Shown in pieces: positions 12,641 through 25,749 of a stretch of 64,000 bases of DNA. How positions within the stretch are numbered: the first letter of the stretch is position 1; every line of letters starts with the position of its first letter. The stretch is from Octopus bimaculoides (taxonomy: Eukaryota). Both the position numbers and the translations under genes were made by a program. The stretch covers positions 55,132,870 through 55,196,869 of the forward strand of contig NC_068988.1 of NCBI RefSeq assembly GCF_001194135.2. The letters are read 5' to 3'. The notes under the pieces were generated by a model, which was not told the DNA's origin, ran no database searches, and saw only the letters and a program-made list of their open reading frames with translations.

Positions 12641-13524
12641 ACCAAATTGCTTCATTAATTACATGAAAGAATGCTAAAATGTTTGTTTATTTATATCTCT
12701 AAATTGGAGTTGTTTGTTATTTTTTATAGTAAGTCTAACAGCTATGGAAGAACATGTGATTAATTTAATTACTTAATATAGTAGTTAGTTTTAACACACT
12801 CAAACGGATACACACATGGACACACACATACACATGTATACATTATATACATACTTACATATATACACATACACTCACATATATTAAGGATATTTTGCCC
12901 TATATCTTACGAAGGAAATAGGATAGTCATCTGTAATGACTAAAGTATCAGATTTTTTTATTTTCTGCTAGAAAGTCTCAGATATGTTTTAGGTCTTAAA
13001 AAGTATGTATTACAGGAGTGTTCAAAGATCAACTGAAAAGATGTTAAAACTGTTTTTGAGAACAGATATTTGATGTGTAATGAAGCATAAGCTATTGTTG
13101 TTTTAGTCTCCTCCCAGCCATGACCATTCCATCATGTTTTCAGATATAATATTTATAAGACTATATTATCAGTCTCTTTAATTTTTTTCTTCAGATGATT
13201 TGACTGTGGTGCCTATTGGGTTAAGTGACCCCATAAAATAGTGTTCCCAAAAGCAGTTTGTTTTAAGATGTTATTATGTGTGCTGAAAAAATATAATTAT
13301 TTTCTAAAAAATTTGGAAAACACAAACTGTAATTTTAAATATAAAATCTCAATAAGTATAAAGTCTTGATAACTTGATAACTGGCCACATTTATTGAATA
13401 AAAAAGTATTTCTTTTCTCTCTTTTTTTCTTTTATTGGTTTCACTCAGGGGCTGTGGCTATGCTGGAGCACTGCCTTTAACATTAATACTTGTTTATTTA
13501 AGACTTATTTCCCAGTCCTATTTC

Positions 13525-13680
13525 TAGAATAGTGAAGTTGGATCAAGCTGCTCTTCTTCGCATTTCTTGCCATGATGTAACTTCGTCTGATATCCCAGAT
13601 AAAAATCTATCTAAATTTTCTTTGAACAAACTCACATCTACTCCTTATAGATCTCTGAGGCCTTTTGGCAAGGTATTATT
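13525..13680 (-). mobile_element. 3' end of a CR1/L2-like LINE
   Basis: Minus strand reads NNTLPKGLRDL*GVDVSLFKENLDRFLSGISDEVTSWQEMRRRAA*SN. This is a typical LINE ORF2 terminus (LP..LR....V..FK..LD.FL..VPDEP). Confidence 0.75.
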
Positions 13681-14012
13681 AAAAAGTTGTGTAGTTTTAT
13701 TTATTTATATTTATTGATTAAACTTTTAAAAGTTATCTCTACATATTTTCAATAGAAACTAAAGCCAGTACTGGAAGTTACGATATTTCGTATGTGAATA
13801 CATCTATGTAAACAATGTAATCAAAGACAGAAAAATAGGTTATGGGTGTATATGCATATTTCAGTTCTTGCACCTTCTTCAAGATCATCGAAACTATTAA
13901 CTATCCATGAACACATTGTTTGAATAGCCACCAAATGTAACAATGTAACACAGTTGGATAAACCAATTTTGCATATCAAACACATCCCTAGCAACTGGTA
14001 CATACATATTAA

Positions 14013-15414
14013 CCCTTTTGTTACCAACCTGGCTGAAACCGGCTCTGACTCTGAATACAAATGTCTTGTTTTCATAAGTTTTGAATTAAAATCTTCCACC
14101 AAACCTTAGTCACAATTTATGTTCCTGTAGTGAAACTACCTATCGCCATTACATACAATCTTCTCATTTAAATATAAACAAGCGCGGGCGTAGCGGAAAA
14201 CACATTCCTTGTCATCACGTGACTGATTATTATTCGAAGCGGCAACTTCTTCGAACCGTTCCCGCCAGAACGCAAACTGACCAATCACGGCCCCTAATAA
14301 GGTCACGTGATAGAGTATTTTTCTGATGTCTGGTGAGCCTACCATCAACTATAAAATGCNNNNNNNNNNNNNNNNNNNNNNNNNNNNNNNNNNNNNNNNN
14401 NNNNNNNNNNNNNNNNNNNNNNNNNNNNNNNNNNNNNNNNNNNNNNNNNNNNNNNNNNNNNNNNNNNNNNNNNNNNNNNNNNNNNNNNNNNNNNNNNNNN
14501 NNNNNNNNNNNNNNNNNNNNNNNNNNNNNNNNNNNNNNNNNNNNNNNNNNNNNNNNNNNNNNNNNNNNNNNNNNNNNNNNNNNNNNNNNNNNNNNNNNNN
14601 NNNNNNNNNNNNNNNNNACGACTACTACCAAGCATTCGTCTTCGCCACCAGCATCTCCAACGATAGTCAACACGACTTTCTATGTACACCAATCCAAACC
14701 ACCGCGGCACATCTCACTCTCTTCGATTCTGTTAGGTGTTTCATATTCACCACGATTAATAATAGACAAGAGAATTCAGCCAGCGACGAACGTCTGTCCT
14801 CAAGAGCCCAGCCCGGCATGGAAGCCAACATCACAACTAGTGATCACTCTGCCACACTCACAGCCTCAACTTCTTTCACATACAGACTCTTCCTATTGTG
14901 TACTCAAGAACTGGTATAAATGCTCACGTGTTACTGACTCTCTTTCTATCTGCTGTAATATCTCACATACACATACATGTATCACTCACATACACTCTTT
15001 TCTTTGTACGACGGCCTGTCTTTTATTATGTTTTTATATGTCGCATTAACACTCACATACAGACATACATCTTTAACGTCACAATAAATATCTCTGTTAT
15101 TCATTTCATACGGTTGCCTTCTATCGTCTCTTCATTACTGGTATTTACGAATTCACATATGTTATCGTAGTATAACATATTTTGTATATCATATTTGATA
15201 TATATTTTTGTGTTCGACCGTGTGACACGTCTAAAATAAAAGGAGTCCTCTTTTTCCATTCGTCACCATTTCTCCTTTTTGAGTTTGTACGGTCGTTCTT
15301 ACATTCCTAACACTAGCTGAATGATAACTAAGTTAGTTTACTAAATTCTTTGTTATATTTAAAGTAATTGAAAGAAACACAGAGCATCCCAAAATAAATA
15401 CAGTAACAAAAGGG
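14013..15414. mobile_element. piggyBac-type MITE, interrupted by a solo LTR
   Basis: TTAA lies at 14009-14012 and 15415-15418. Perfect 12-bp TIRs are CCCTTTTGTTAC / GTAACAAAAGGG. Confidence 0.85.
14126..15303 (+). mobile_element. Solo LTR, probably Ty3/Gypsy
   Basis: Ends are TGTAG...TTACA with a 4-bp TSD TTCC (14122-14125 and 15304-15307). It has a CCAAT box near 14281, TATAAAA near 14351 and AATAAA near 15235, and is CpG-rich. It contains a 258-N gap. Confidence 0.85.
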
Positions 15415-16539
15415 TTAAATGCGGACATGGATACCATATTTCATTAATTCATTTGCATAATGAAATACAGTCTTGCTATGTATAATTAATTAATGGCTAA
15501 AATATGTAACATTTTAAATGCTTTTTCTTTCTTACTTTATGCACAATTGTCCTAACATATCTTTATTCACTCAGAAGTGTGCAGGTACTATGCTTCAAAT
15601 TGTTTGTGAACCACTGATGTTCATACTCCTTCATTCACTATAACAGCATAGGCTGTTTATTATTGCATGAGTGAGAAGAGCAGCATAACTGGGATAATAA
15701 TTGATGTATCAAGTTCAATTGTAGAGAATGTAACAATTAAACTAGAAATGTAGTTGTCAGGAGAGGATGGGCTAACTTAAAATGCAAAACTTTCAGAGAA
15801 GTAGAGACCGATATTAATTACATTATTTATTCTCTTCTTTCACACATCAAGTAGAACAACATATATGGACAGATTCCTCTCAGCTTTTATCATCATCATA
15901 ATTTTAATGTCTGCTTTTCCATGCTAGCATAGGTTGGAGAGAGCTTATTAGGCAGATATTTTTTGTACAGTCGGATGCCCTTCCTGTTGATAACCCTTAC
16001 CTGTTTCCATTCGAGGTAATATTTCCCAGGGCCAGACAGGCTTTCCATGGAAGACTCGAAATGAATAACATTGCTTGTATGATGATGCATATTTTCCACC
16101 ATCATATGCTGTCAAAACTAGAGTGCTCACAAGTGTACACACACATGCACGCACACACACACACACATCACCATCATCATAATCATAATCATTAACATTT
16201 AACATCTGTTTTCCATTCTGGCATGGTTTGGAATGTTTGGCAGGGGTTGGTCTTCACCACTTCATTCTATGACTTCCTGGGTCTAATCCTTCCATATTTT
16301 CCCTCTACAATTAGAGATCGCCACCCCTTGATGCAACAGTCATCATTCATATGCATTACATGGCCATACCAGCACACATACATATATACAAAATATCATC
16401 TAGCAAAGCAATGTTTCCTCATGGCCAGACATACTTTTGCAGAATATTGGAAATGAATAAAATTCATTTACAATAATCACAAGATGTTAAGACAAGGAAA
16501 GACAAACATATACATACTTGCATATTATATTTACGAGTC

Positions 16540-17172
16540 TAGGACATTTACCCCCATGGACAATAACCCCCCCGAGGATAATTACCCTTGACGACAACAA
16601 CCTCCTAGAACAATTACCCCTAAGCAGTTAACTCCCAATGTGTACCATATTTTAATGTGTATAAGCTGCTATTTTTTACCAGGGAAATTTAGTGTGCAGC
16701 TTAGAGAAAGGTGTGCCTAATGTGTGCATTTTTCATAAGTTTCAGGAGGAAAATAATTTGTGCATGGTGATCGAATCATTTCACTGATTTTTTTCAGAGG
16801 AAAGGTCAGTTGGTGAACAATATGAAAGACTACTGCTACTGTACATTGGTACCCAGAAGAAAACAAAGCATATTTGCTTTAATTTATGTTCATGTTTTGA
16901 TGATGCTATTTTTAATCTAATAAAGACTTTGATATTGATTAAATGTGTTTGTTGTTGATTATTTCTAGGAAGAAATATTTAGATGTTTCAGCCTGTATTA
17001 ATGCTGTAGTTAGCAATTATGAAAACATAAATGTGATACAATATTTGTGAGGAATTGCATATAATTTGCACTTTTAGAGGATGATTTAAAACTTCTTAAT
17101 ATATTGGAGAGGGGGTAATTGTCCTAGTGGGTAGTTGTTGTCCGGGAGAAATTCCTGGGGGTAATTGTCCTG
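16540..17172. mobile_element. Non-autonomous DNA transposon with repeated subterminal motifs
   Basis: The left end has several GGACAATTACCCC-like motifs. The right end has their inverted counterparts (GGGGTAATTGTCC). The interior is AT-rich. Superfamily not determined. Confidence 0.65.
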
Positions 17173-20100
17173 ATACAATATTTACATACATACATACAAC
17201 AATCTTTGTTCACTTTCTATCTACCAAATCCATTCACAAGGCTTTGGTTGGCCTGTATCTAGAGTAGAAGGCACTTACTCAAGATGTGATACAGCAAATT
17301 CCATCTGACCAGACATTTGCAAGTGTGGAAAAGAGGATGTTAAATGATGATGGTGATAATGAATCTGCTTTTGTTTTTTTCTTAACAATCACCGTTAGGT
17401 TTTTTGTAGAGATAAATTTACTGGAAACCCCCTATCCAACTCCATATTAGAGGTCTCTTGCCCTTTAAAACTTTAGCAAGAGCAATGTTGCTTGTTATTG
17501 ACCTTGACATTGGCAAATCTCTTAATCGTATCTAACTTGAAAATTGACATGCAAAGTTGCTTGCCAAAAATTTAGGTTTTAAGACATGCCATATTGTACC
17601 CCTATAATTTCATTAGGGGTTAAGCCTGCTCTCCCACATATGGTATGGTGCTGCTGTTACGCACAAAAACAAATTAGACTACATACAGAGAAAAACCTAA
17701 ATGAAACAACACAAAAAAAACAAAACAAATGTCATTCAATTCCTTGGCACCTACTTACCATCTCTGATACTGAGAAGGAAAATTCATGAAAATGTTACTC
17801 ACCAACATTCTACAATTGACATTCTACCCATTGACTGGCTAATTTTATAAAAGTACCCATTTTATTAATAACAATTTCTGATTTAGGGTAGTTATGTCAA
17901 GGAAGAGATATGTGGAACACTGTTTAGCGTATTAATTTTCTGTCTAGAGATAAAATGATATACAACTGAAGCTTAAGAAATAAGGTTTTAAGTGGCTTTG
18001 GTTATTTATTATCTCTGATATCAATGTCATACTTATGTAGGGAAGTGTTTTATTGAGTCTTCCTCAGAGATTCTGTATGACTATTACATTTTGGCGGGGT
18101 ACCCATCCTTATTGTTACTTTCCAGATTTCATTTAGTATTTAATGGATACTATTTATGCTAAGATTTACTTGATGGTAATAAGGATAAATATAATATGAT
18201 GTAGACTGCATGTTAATAAACAACCTTATTTTTATTTTGTTAAACAATTAAATTGATCATAACAGACCAATGAAGAACATGGAGTGAGAAGACTAGTATT
18301 AATGAATTGTAAAAAAAAAGTTCTTACATAAAGATGTTGTATGAGTCTTTATATTTGTGTACGTTAGCTCAGAGAGAAAAAGAGAGAGAGAGAGAGAGGG
18401 GGGAGAGATTGTCAGTGTGTAATATGTTCTTTTCTGTCTCTAATTGAGTTTTTATGCAAGCTTGAACATGCTTTTCATTCTATGCATATGTGAAAGAGAA
18501 AGAACAAGAGATGAGTGTGTGAAAGAATTGTTCTCATCTGTCTAGGCATTTAGCAAGAGTTTGGGTGAATCCATGATAATCTCTAAACAAAATGACAAAT
18601 TCAAACTATTAAGGTTGAAAGGAGTGGGAAAATTGCTCATGTGTACTAAAGATAATCATTCTATTGGCTGAAAAATGATAGTTTTAACTATGTAATCATG
18701 TGACCTAATAGGGTTTTCTTGATTGGTAGAAATTCAATAATTTCAACTGGTAGAAATAAAATGGTGTTGGATGCACCAAATTTTCAAGATTTTTCTTTGT
18801 GTTTTATGTACAACAACTTGACAGTTACTAATTGGTTATAATTGGTGTACGTGATTAAAAACATTTAAGTACTTGTGGAGAGGCGAGCTGTACTCTACAC
18901 AGATATAGTTTAGTAACAATCTAATTGCATTTCTTCAATACCATGTTTAGATGTCGCTACAAGAGGGAGAAACCTAAGGTAGTTAAAGCATTTTTTTAGG
19001 CTGATTAGATTTAAGTATTGATTCTTACATAATTTTATTCTGGAGTAATAGGCACTGGCAGGCTGTGTGCTTAAGAAATTTGCTTCCTCACCACAGGGTT
19101 CTAAGTTCAGTACCACTCCATGGCACCTCAGGCAGGTGTCTTCTCCTATAACCTTAGGTTTACCAAGGCCTTGTGAGTGAGTTTGGTAGATGGAAACTGA
19201 AAGGAGCCCATGTATATGTTGAGGTATTGCCTTGAAGGGATTTAGTTGAAAGATTCAACCTCTGGACTTAGATTTTTCAAACCACATACTTATACTATTG
19301 GTCTCTCTTGTTGAACTGCTTATTTACAGGGCAGTAAACAAACCGACTTTGGTTGTAAAGCTGTTGCGGGGGATAAATGCAAGGACTCACACACAAACAC
19401 ATGCATGCAAACACACACACACATGCATGCACACATGTACGCATGCGCCCATACACACACACACACACGCCTGCACACATGTACGCATGCATGCACACAC
19501 ATGATGAGCTTCTTTCAGTTTCCATCTACAAAATCCACTCACAAGGCTAGTTGAAGACACCTGATCAAGGTGTCATGCAATGGAACTGAACCTAGAAACA
19601 TGTGATTGGGAAACAAACTTGTGTGTGTGTAAGTGTGTGTATGTGATGCTGTCCCTTTGTCTTGACATCACGTAATAGCAGTAAATTGGTGTCACCATTG
19701 TACAAGCAGTGTCATTTCTTTGCAATATTCTACAAAAACATGTCTAGCCTATTATGCTTGAAGACAGGTGATGTTTGGCAACAGGAAGGGCATCCGGCCA
19801 CAAAATATCTGCCTCAGTAAACTCTGTCTGTTCTATACGAAAATGGAAAAGTGGATCTTAAAATGATGGTGAGGATGATGATGATGATGATGAAAAAAGT
19901 GAGTAACTATAATATTACAGCAATCATACAGGAAAGAATACAAACTCCAAAATAGTCAGACTTGTTAGAGCTTTGATACTGTTGCAAGTGGATCATAACT
20001 TTTACATTAAAAGATCATACATACATATATGTATGTATGTGTGTGTGTGTGTGTGTATATATATATTGTAATGAGTTAAAAAATCTTTTGTTATTGTTGC

Positions 20101-21199
20101 AGCTTCAGGTTATCCCAAGTGTAGTAAACTTATAATTAAAAAAACCACCTCCTCACCACCATCCTCCTCCTCCTCCTTGTTTAATGTCCTTTTTCTATAG
20201 TAGCATGGGCTGGATGGTTTGATCAGATCTACTGGGTCCAACAACTGCATCATGTTCCAGTATCTGCCTTAGCATGGTTTCTATGGCTGGATGCCTTTCC
20301 AAATGCGAACCACTTTACACCATGTACAAGTGTATTGGGTACTATTTTTGGGCTCCCAGCACTATTAAAGTTGCCAACCAGCTCACATGACTACAAACTC
20401 TGAGATGTGTGTGTGCGTGTGTGTGCATGTGTGTGTGTGTGTGTGTGGTGGGTTAGTCTTGGGGATGAGGGGTTAAAGTATTAGAGTATGTGGGAAGGGG
20501 AGCAGGTTCTTATTGTAAAGGAGCTGCAAAGCTAATCACATGTGGAAGAGAGGGAGAAAACGATCAGTATGAACTGAAGCCTCAGCTACATTTGATAAAG
20601 AGCAGCGATACTTCAATGTACACTGCAGAAGTTTTAGGCTACAGATTAACAATATCAATTGCAATTATTAGCAACATAGAGAAAATGTTTACATAATTCT
20701 TATCCTTAGTCCAGGACACACAGACCTGTCCTTGGTGATACAATCTTTTTAATCATTTCTGACAAATAATCATAATATATGATCTGCGATGACTCATTTT
20801 GGTCTAGTTCCATACAAAGGAAATTGATGATTTTATTTTTTTATATTTACTTTTTCTAACGTACAGCATTCTCTTTCACCCACCACATAATTCTACTTCA
20901 AGCTTTCTATAAATTATGGGAGACAACTTTGTTAAAATAACCCACGACAGAAATCAGAAAGATGAAAAATATTTTAATATGTAATCCTTTCATTTCACAT
21001 ATAGGGTCTTCAATTTATATATACATATAAAACTTTTTTGTATAGAACAGGGCAACATGTACTGTAGCACCAATATCCCAAAGTCTTTTTATGGTCTCGA
21101 TTTCCAGCCCTTCCTTTCTTCCCACCCTTAGATCAATCAGTTTCTTTAAAATATTCAACTGCTAGACTCGTGAATGCACACGATTCTTTTCTCTTTATG

Positions 21200-23640
21200 C
21201 AGATGTTAGACTAATTTGTCTATAAGTTTAATCGCAGTAGTTATTCTTTAATTTTAAGAACTCCCCAGTAGAAGTTCTTTAACCTTTCGTGCCTAATTCC
21301 CTAACTTAAAGATTTTGGCATTTTCATGAGTCATTCAGCTTGTAAATAACGGTTTTATTCTGCTATTTAACCGCGCAATGTAAAACCGGCTATTTCTTTA
21401 TTTTTCTTACAGTATCTCTCTCCTTTCTCTTGGTGTTCGCTTCTTTCACCTCTTTCTGACTGAAACTGTGACCTTTCTTTTTCTTTCTTACAAATTTCGT
21501 ATTCTCTCATATCGCTTTCTTACGATTCTCATCTTCTCTCATTCTTCGTCAGTTTTTCCCCAACCTCTTCTACGACCCACTGTGTTTCTATTTCAGTACT
21601 CCCTCATCACTAAATATTCAAGGCGGTTAATTTTTTTAAAGCTCTTCTTGAATTACTGAACAATAGTTCAGGGTTCGCACCACCTCCTAGGTGGTTGTGT
21701 AAACAGAAGTTGCTATCCTGCAGAATTTTATTGAAGTGGAAGTAGTAATAATAGTCCAGTTGCCACTATTACTCTTCAGTAGTGCGAGGTTTAGTAAGAG
21801 TAGCCAGGATAATGATTGTGGTAGAAGTTGGTGACGGCAGAATGAGTGACTGCTTATAATAACATAGAAAAGGAAATAAAAAACAGAGAAAGAGAGAATT
21901 ATGCTTCAGGCTGATGACAGATGGAGTAATTGCTGTAATAGCAAAGAAAAATAAAGATAGAGTAAAAGTGAAAGACGGAATAAAAGAGAAAGGCAGGGAA
22001 ACATAAAACACGAAAGTGACGTAGTGTCGTGGTAGCGACAGAGTAATAGCGATCGTGGAAGTAGCAGATAGAGTAGTAAACAACGTAGGAGTGGCGGTGG
22101 CAGGTAGAGCAGTATAGGTGGTGGCCATTGTTAAGGCTGTGATGGCGCCTACGGAAGAAACCTAAATGAACACAGCCGTGTTTTGAAGCACACAGACACA
22201 TGCCTCAGCCATCAGTAAACAAACAAATCTACTCTAAAAGACAGTAGCATTGTGTAGAATATTAAAAAAATATCACTACTACAAGTGTGTGGCAGTCAAA
22301 AGTTGCTTTCACTTCGATGATTAACGTCTGTTGGAGCAGCAAAACCCAAAACACAAGCTCTAGACCTAAACATAGGATAAGATTTTGATGGATTTTACTG
22401 TTTTCACAGTGATAATGGCTTGATGGCTTTAACTAAAGCCGGATCCTGTCCGTCTGCCACTTGCTGGCCAAATATTTAACCTTCTCCGTTTCTGGATACA
22501 TTATACAAACCAACCTCTACATCCCTGTGGAGAATCACAACACTGGATTACTATTATTAAGAAATGATTATCACCTTAATTATTTATCTTGCTCTGAAGT
22601 TATTGAATGAGAAGGAGAGGCAAAGTTGCCACTAAGGTGGGGTGGGGCCACCTTTATAATTGCAGATTTCCCCTTTAGTTATTTTCTGGAACATTCACTG
22701 CTATCTAAGGGTTTACTGGTTTTATATAATTTCTTACATATCCCTGTATCGTATTGTTATAATAATTTCATAAACGGAAGTCATTTTGTTTGTAGTCAAC
22801 ACTGCCAAACTATTTTTGAAATTTTAAGTTTACTACCTTACCCATACATAACTAATATACATATATATTTATATAAATAGATGTGTGACTGATTCATGTA
22901 ATTTATATGTTTGTATTTACTATTATAATTAAAAATTCATCTGGTTTTACACTGAGAAGCCTCAAACCGTGTATAAACGAAGTGCACTGTGTTATTTGAA
23001 GTAAGCTAATTTGACATGTACATTTCATCACCCGGTTTTGTCTATATCCGGTATTTCTTCTCTACTGTTTCCGGTCAATTAATGACTAAAGGCTGGGAAA
23101 AATGAACTAAAATTGTATATTTAGGTTTCTAAGACAATATAAAATAAAAGTATTGGATATATTTAATAAATGGTAATAATTTATTTAGATATCCATTTTT
23201 TAGGAAAGGTGTTGTTGCTATTTTAGTCTTGTGTACATCAAAACTGGCACACGTACGTAGACACACTTCACGCCTTTCGTAAGTGACAGACAGGGTGGAT
23301 GATTCGGCAAGGATGGCCATAACCTTTGGTCATCTTTGCACCTCGTCTCTATTGTTATTCAATATTTAACCTATCTTTATAATATAGCTAGTTAGGCGAG
23401 ATTTTCTCACTTTCCCACTCCGTCTATTATAAAAATCTCAGTACTTGACGGGTGGTAATTTTAAATACAGTGACGGATTAATTTTTTTTTTCCAGTTTTA
23501 AGATGATCCTTTTTTGGCACTTTTAAAATATTGGTTTCCTTCCCCTTTTTTTTAATTCCCTGTCTCTTAAGTATATAGTTTATATATTTTTTTTTATCAC
23601 TGGGATTCCTTGTTAGCTCCTTCTCTACCACATACTGCCA
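21200..23640. promoter_or_regulatory. CpG-retaining promoter region upstream of ROCK, possibly bidirectional
   Basis: CpG is visibly frequent from ~21 kb compared with the depleted flanks. Purine/pyrimidine skew switches near 21690. The region lies directly upstream of the ROCK exon. Confidence 0.5.
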
Positions 23641-23642
23641 TC
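23496..23642 (+). other. ROCK: Putative 5'UTR portion of the ROCK ATG exon
   Basis: Strong acceptor TTTTTTTTTTTCCAG ends at 23495. Candidate upstream donors are TTC|GTAAGT (23279) and GAA|GTAAGC (23001). Confidence 0.5.
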
Positions 23643-23741
23643 ATGTCTCTTCTGCAAGATCCCAAGTTGTACCAACGTCTTAAGGACTTGGAGAGGGAAA
23701 TTAAAACTACTACCTCAAATATTAATTTGGATGGACTTATG
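23643..23741 (+). CDS. ROCK: First coding exon of a Rho-associated protein kinase (ROCK)-like gene; exon 2 not found in window
   Basis: ATG at 23643 (GCCATCATG) reads MSLLQDPKLYQRLKDLEREIKTTTSNINLDGLM (33 codons), then a GTAAGT donor at 23742 (phase 0). It resembles the ROCK N-terminus as I recall it (human ROCK1 ...DNLLRDPKSEVNSDCLL|DG; Drosophila Rok ...LEREMRDPTSICNVDCLL), with an intron at the equivalent position. Identification is from memory of the family, not a database search. Confidence 0.72.
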
Positions 23742-25311
23742 GTAAGTCTTTTGCAACATCTTTTGTTTTGTCTTAATTCTCTTTTCTCTTTCAGATATCA
23801 ATTTATCCCCTTTATGTAGTCTGCCGACTCCTCCATACTGCGTATGAAGTTCATGAAAAAACTCGAAGAAATTCTTTCACCACATAAGACAATTATTTTA
23901 AATTAATTCAATGTATTCGATGTTCGGTTGTTTTGTAACCCTTTGTCAGACAGATAGGATGAACTTCGAACGAAATTTAGCTGTTAATTATGACTGGCTG
24001 CCGGTTGCTCAGATATATAGCTTATTTACTTGTGATTGATTAGACACACCACACACACACACACATTGTGGTTTGGGAAGTAGTCATGAAGATTAAATGA
24101 CGCTCGAGTATTTCATATAAGTAATGTTTACAATAAGATCTTGCCGAGTCGGTTTCGATATTTAAAAGAAACATTTCTATTTAGATTGGTTATGATTTTG
24201 AAAATAAAAAACGGCAAAAGAAAAAAAAAAAAATCTCCGTATCCCACAAAACTCGGTTCTCTCGCCCACGCATCCCTAATATCAGAAATCTTTGCTAAGA
24301 TTCAAAGAAAATTTTGTGATGTTCATGCATTTTCCGAGTCCATTAGCGATGAGAACCGCTTGCTCGGAATCTCACCACCAGCAACATACACACATACACA
24401 CACATACGTGTGTTGATTAGTCAAGTCCGGTCCGAAGAAGACTTCTCTATCGTTATAGTATTAAGCTTGTTTCTTTATTACTTAACACTAAAGTTATTAA
24501 TGAACACAACCTTTGACCTACTAGCCTGCGAGGAGACCTGTGTAGTTTGCTCCCCCTAAATCATACCCTACTGTCTTAAAAAAAAAAAAAAAGACGAGGG
24601 CTAATGTATGTCTGAACAACAAAAAGATGACGTTATGATCATAAATCTGCTCAATCCGAGTTGACCTGGGGTTAAACAACAATAACAAGCTTAACCTACA
24701 TCCCTGAATCCCCACAGATGTCAAATTTTAACATAACGTTATATCAGTCGCTTGAGAATTATGTCGACAGACAAGCACCACAGTTTCTCTCTTTTTCTCA
24801 ATATCCAAAGATGTTCTCTCTCCCACTCTCTCTGTACTTCCATATTTTAAAAAAATGATATGTTTCATGGATTTTCCTTTCAAATATTCTATGATTTATT
24901 TTTCCCACCCTTTCTTCTCCTTTAAGTACTTCATTATTGCTCTGCACCCCGCAAAACACATGGGTTTCTCCTTTAGCCGTCTAACACACATGATATTTCT
25001 CTTTAACCTCTTTAATCACAGCGCTCCTTTAAATTCTTATACTGCGATATAATGTAACCATTTGTTTAGTAAATTTGTATCCCATCACTACCCCCTCCCG
25101 TTTCATGCTCGTGTCCTTAATTCATCTGATAGTACTGGGATGATGAAGGTGGAGGTTAGGTCGGAGGAGAGGGAGAGGAAATGGTAGTGCTATTTTTAAA
25201 ACAGAAGAAGTACTTGCAAAGAAGTCGGTTAGTTTTTGGTGGAGTGCTGCTATGAATAATGTCCTAACCGAAACAGTTCACTGTAAGAGTCGTGTATGCA
25301 CCATGCATAGA

Positions 25312-25359
<48 letters not shown>

Positions 25360-25749
25360 CCGTCAACTGGTAAGGTTGGCTCTATTCCATCACTGAACAC
25401 GTCTTCACTGCTAACCTCTTGGAGAATCGTGACTAATGCTGACCGAACACATTCACATAACAGATGTGACAAAATTGATGCTCATTTAACTAAAATACTA
25501 AGTCTATCCACATTCCATAGGTGCTTCAGAGAAAGATCCAATTTTTTTTATGCGTTTAATATAAAGGAATTCGAGTTTTTGAGGTCATCACATTCTTTTA
25601 ATAAAATTTCTATGAGCTAGAACAGGTGCTGTTTTTTTTTTTTACCCTTTTGTTTTGCGCGGCAATCTCTTGATAGAAATGTTTTTGTCTTTAAATAGAT
25701 GGAGCATATTTGTGCTAAGTTTGAGATGTTGGTGAATTTAATACAACTC

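Noticed and set aside
12972-13923. Apparent phase-compatible plus-strand exon chain (12972-13002, 13528-13672, 13756-13789, 13865-13923; ...IVKLDQAALLRIS...LRPFGK...)
   Set aside because: The largest 'exon' is the antisense of a LINE ORF2 3' end (LPKGLRDL*GVDVSLFKENLDRFLSG). The small ones are within chance expectation, and no protein family is recognisable.
18041-18162. Short open frame KCFIESSSEILYDYYILAG after a TAG acceptor
   Set aside because: No strong donor, no homology and no linked exons.
21769-22201. Minus-strand Thr/Phe-rich ORFs
   Set aside because: Low-complexity by-product of the purine-rich plus strand.
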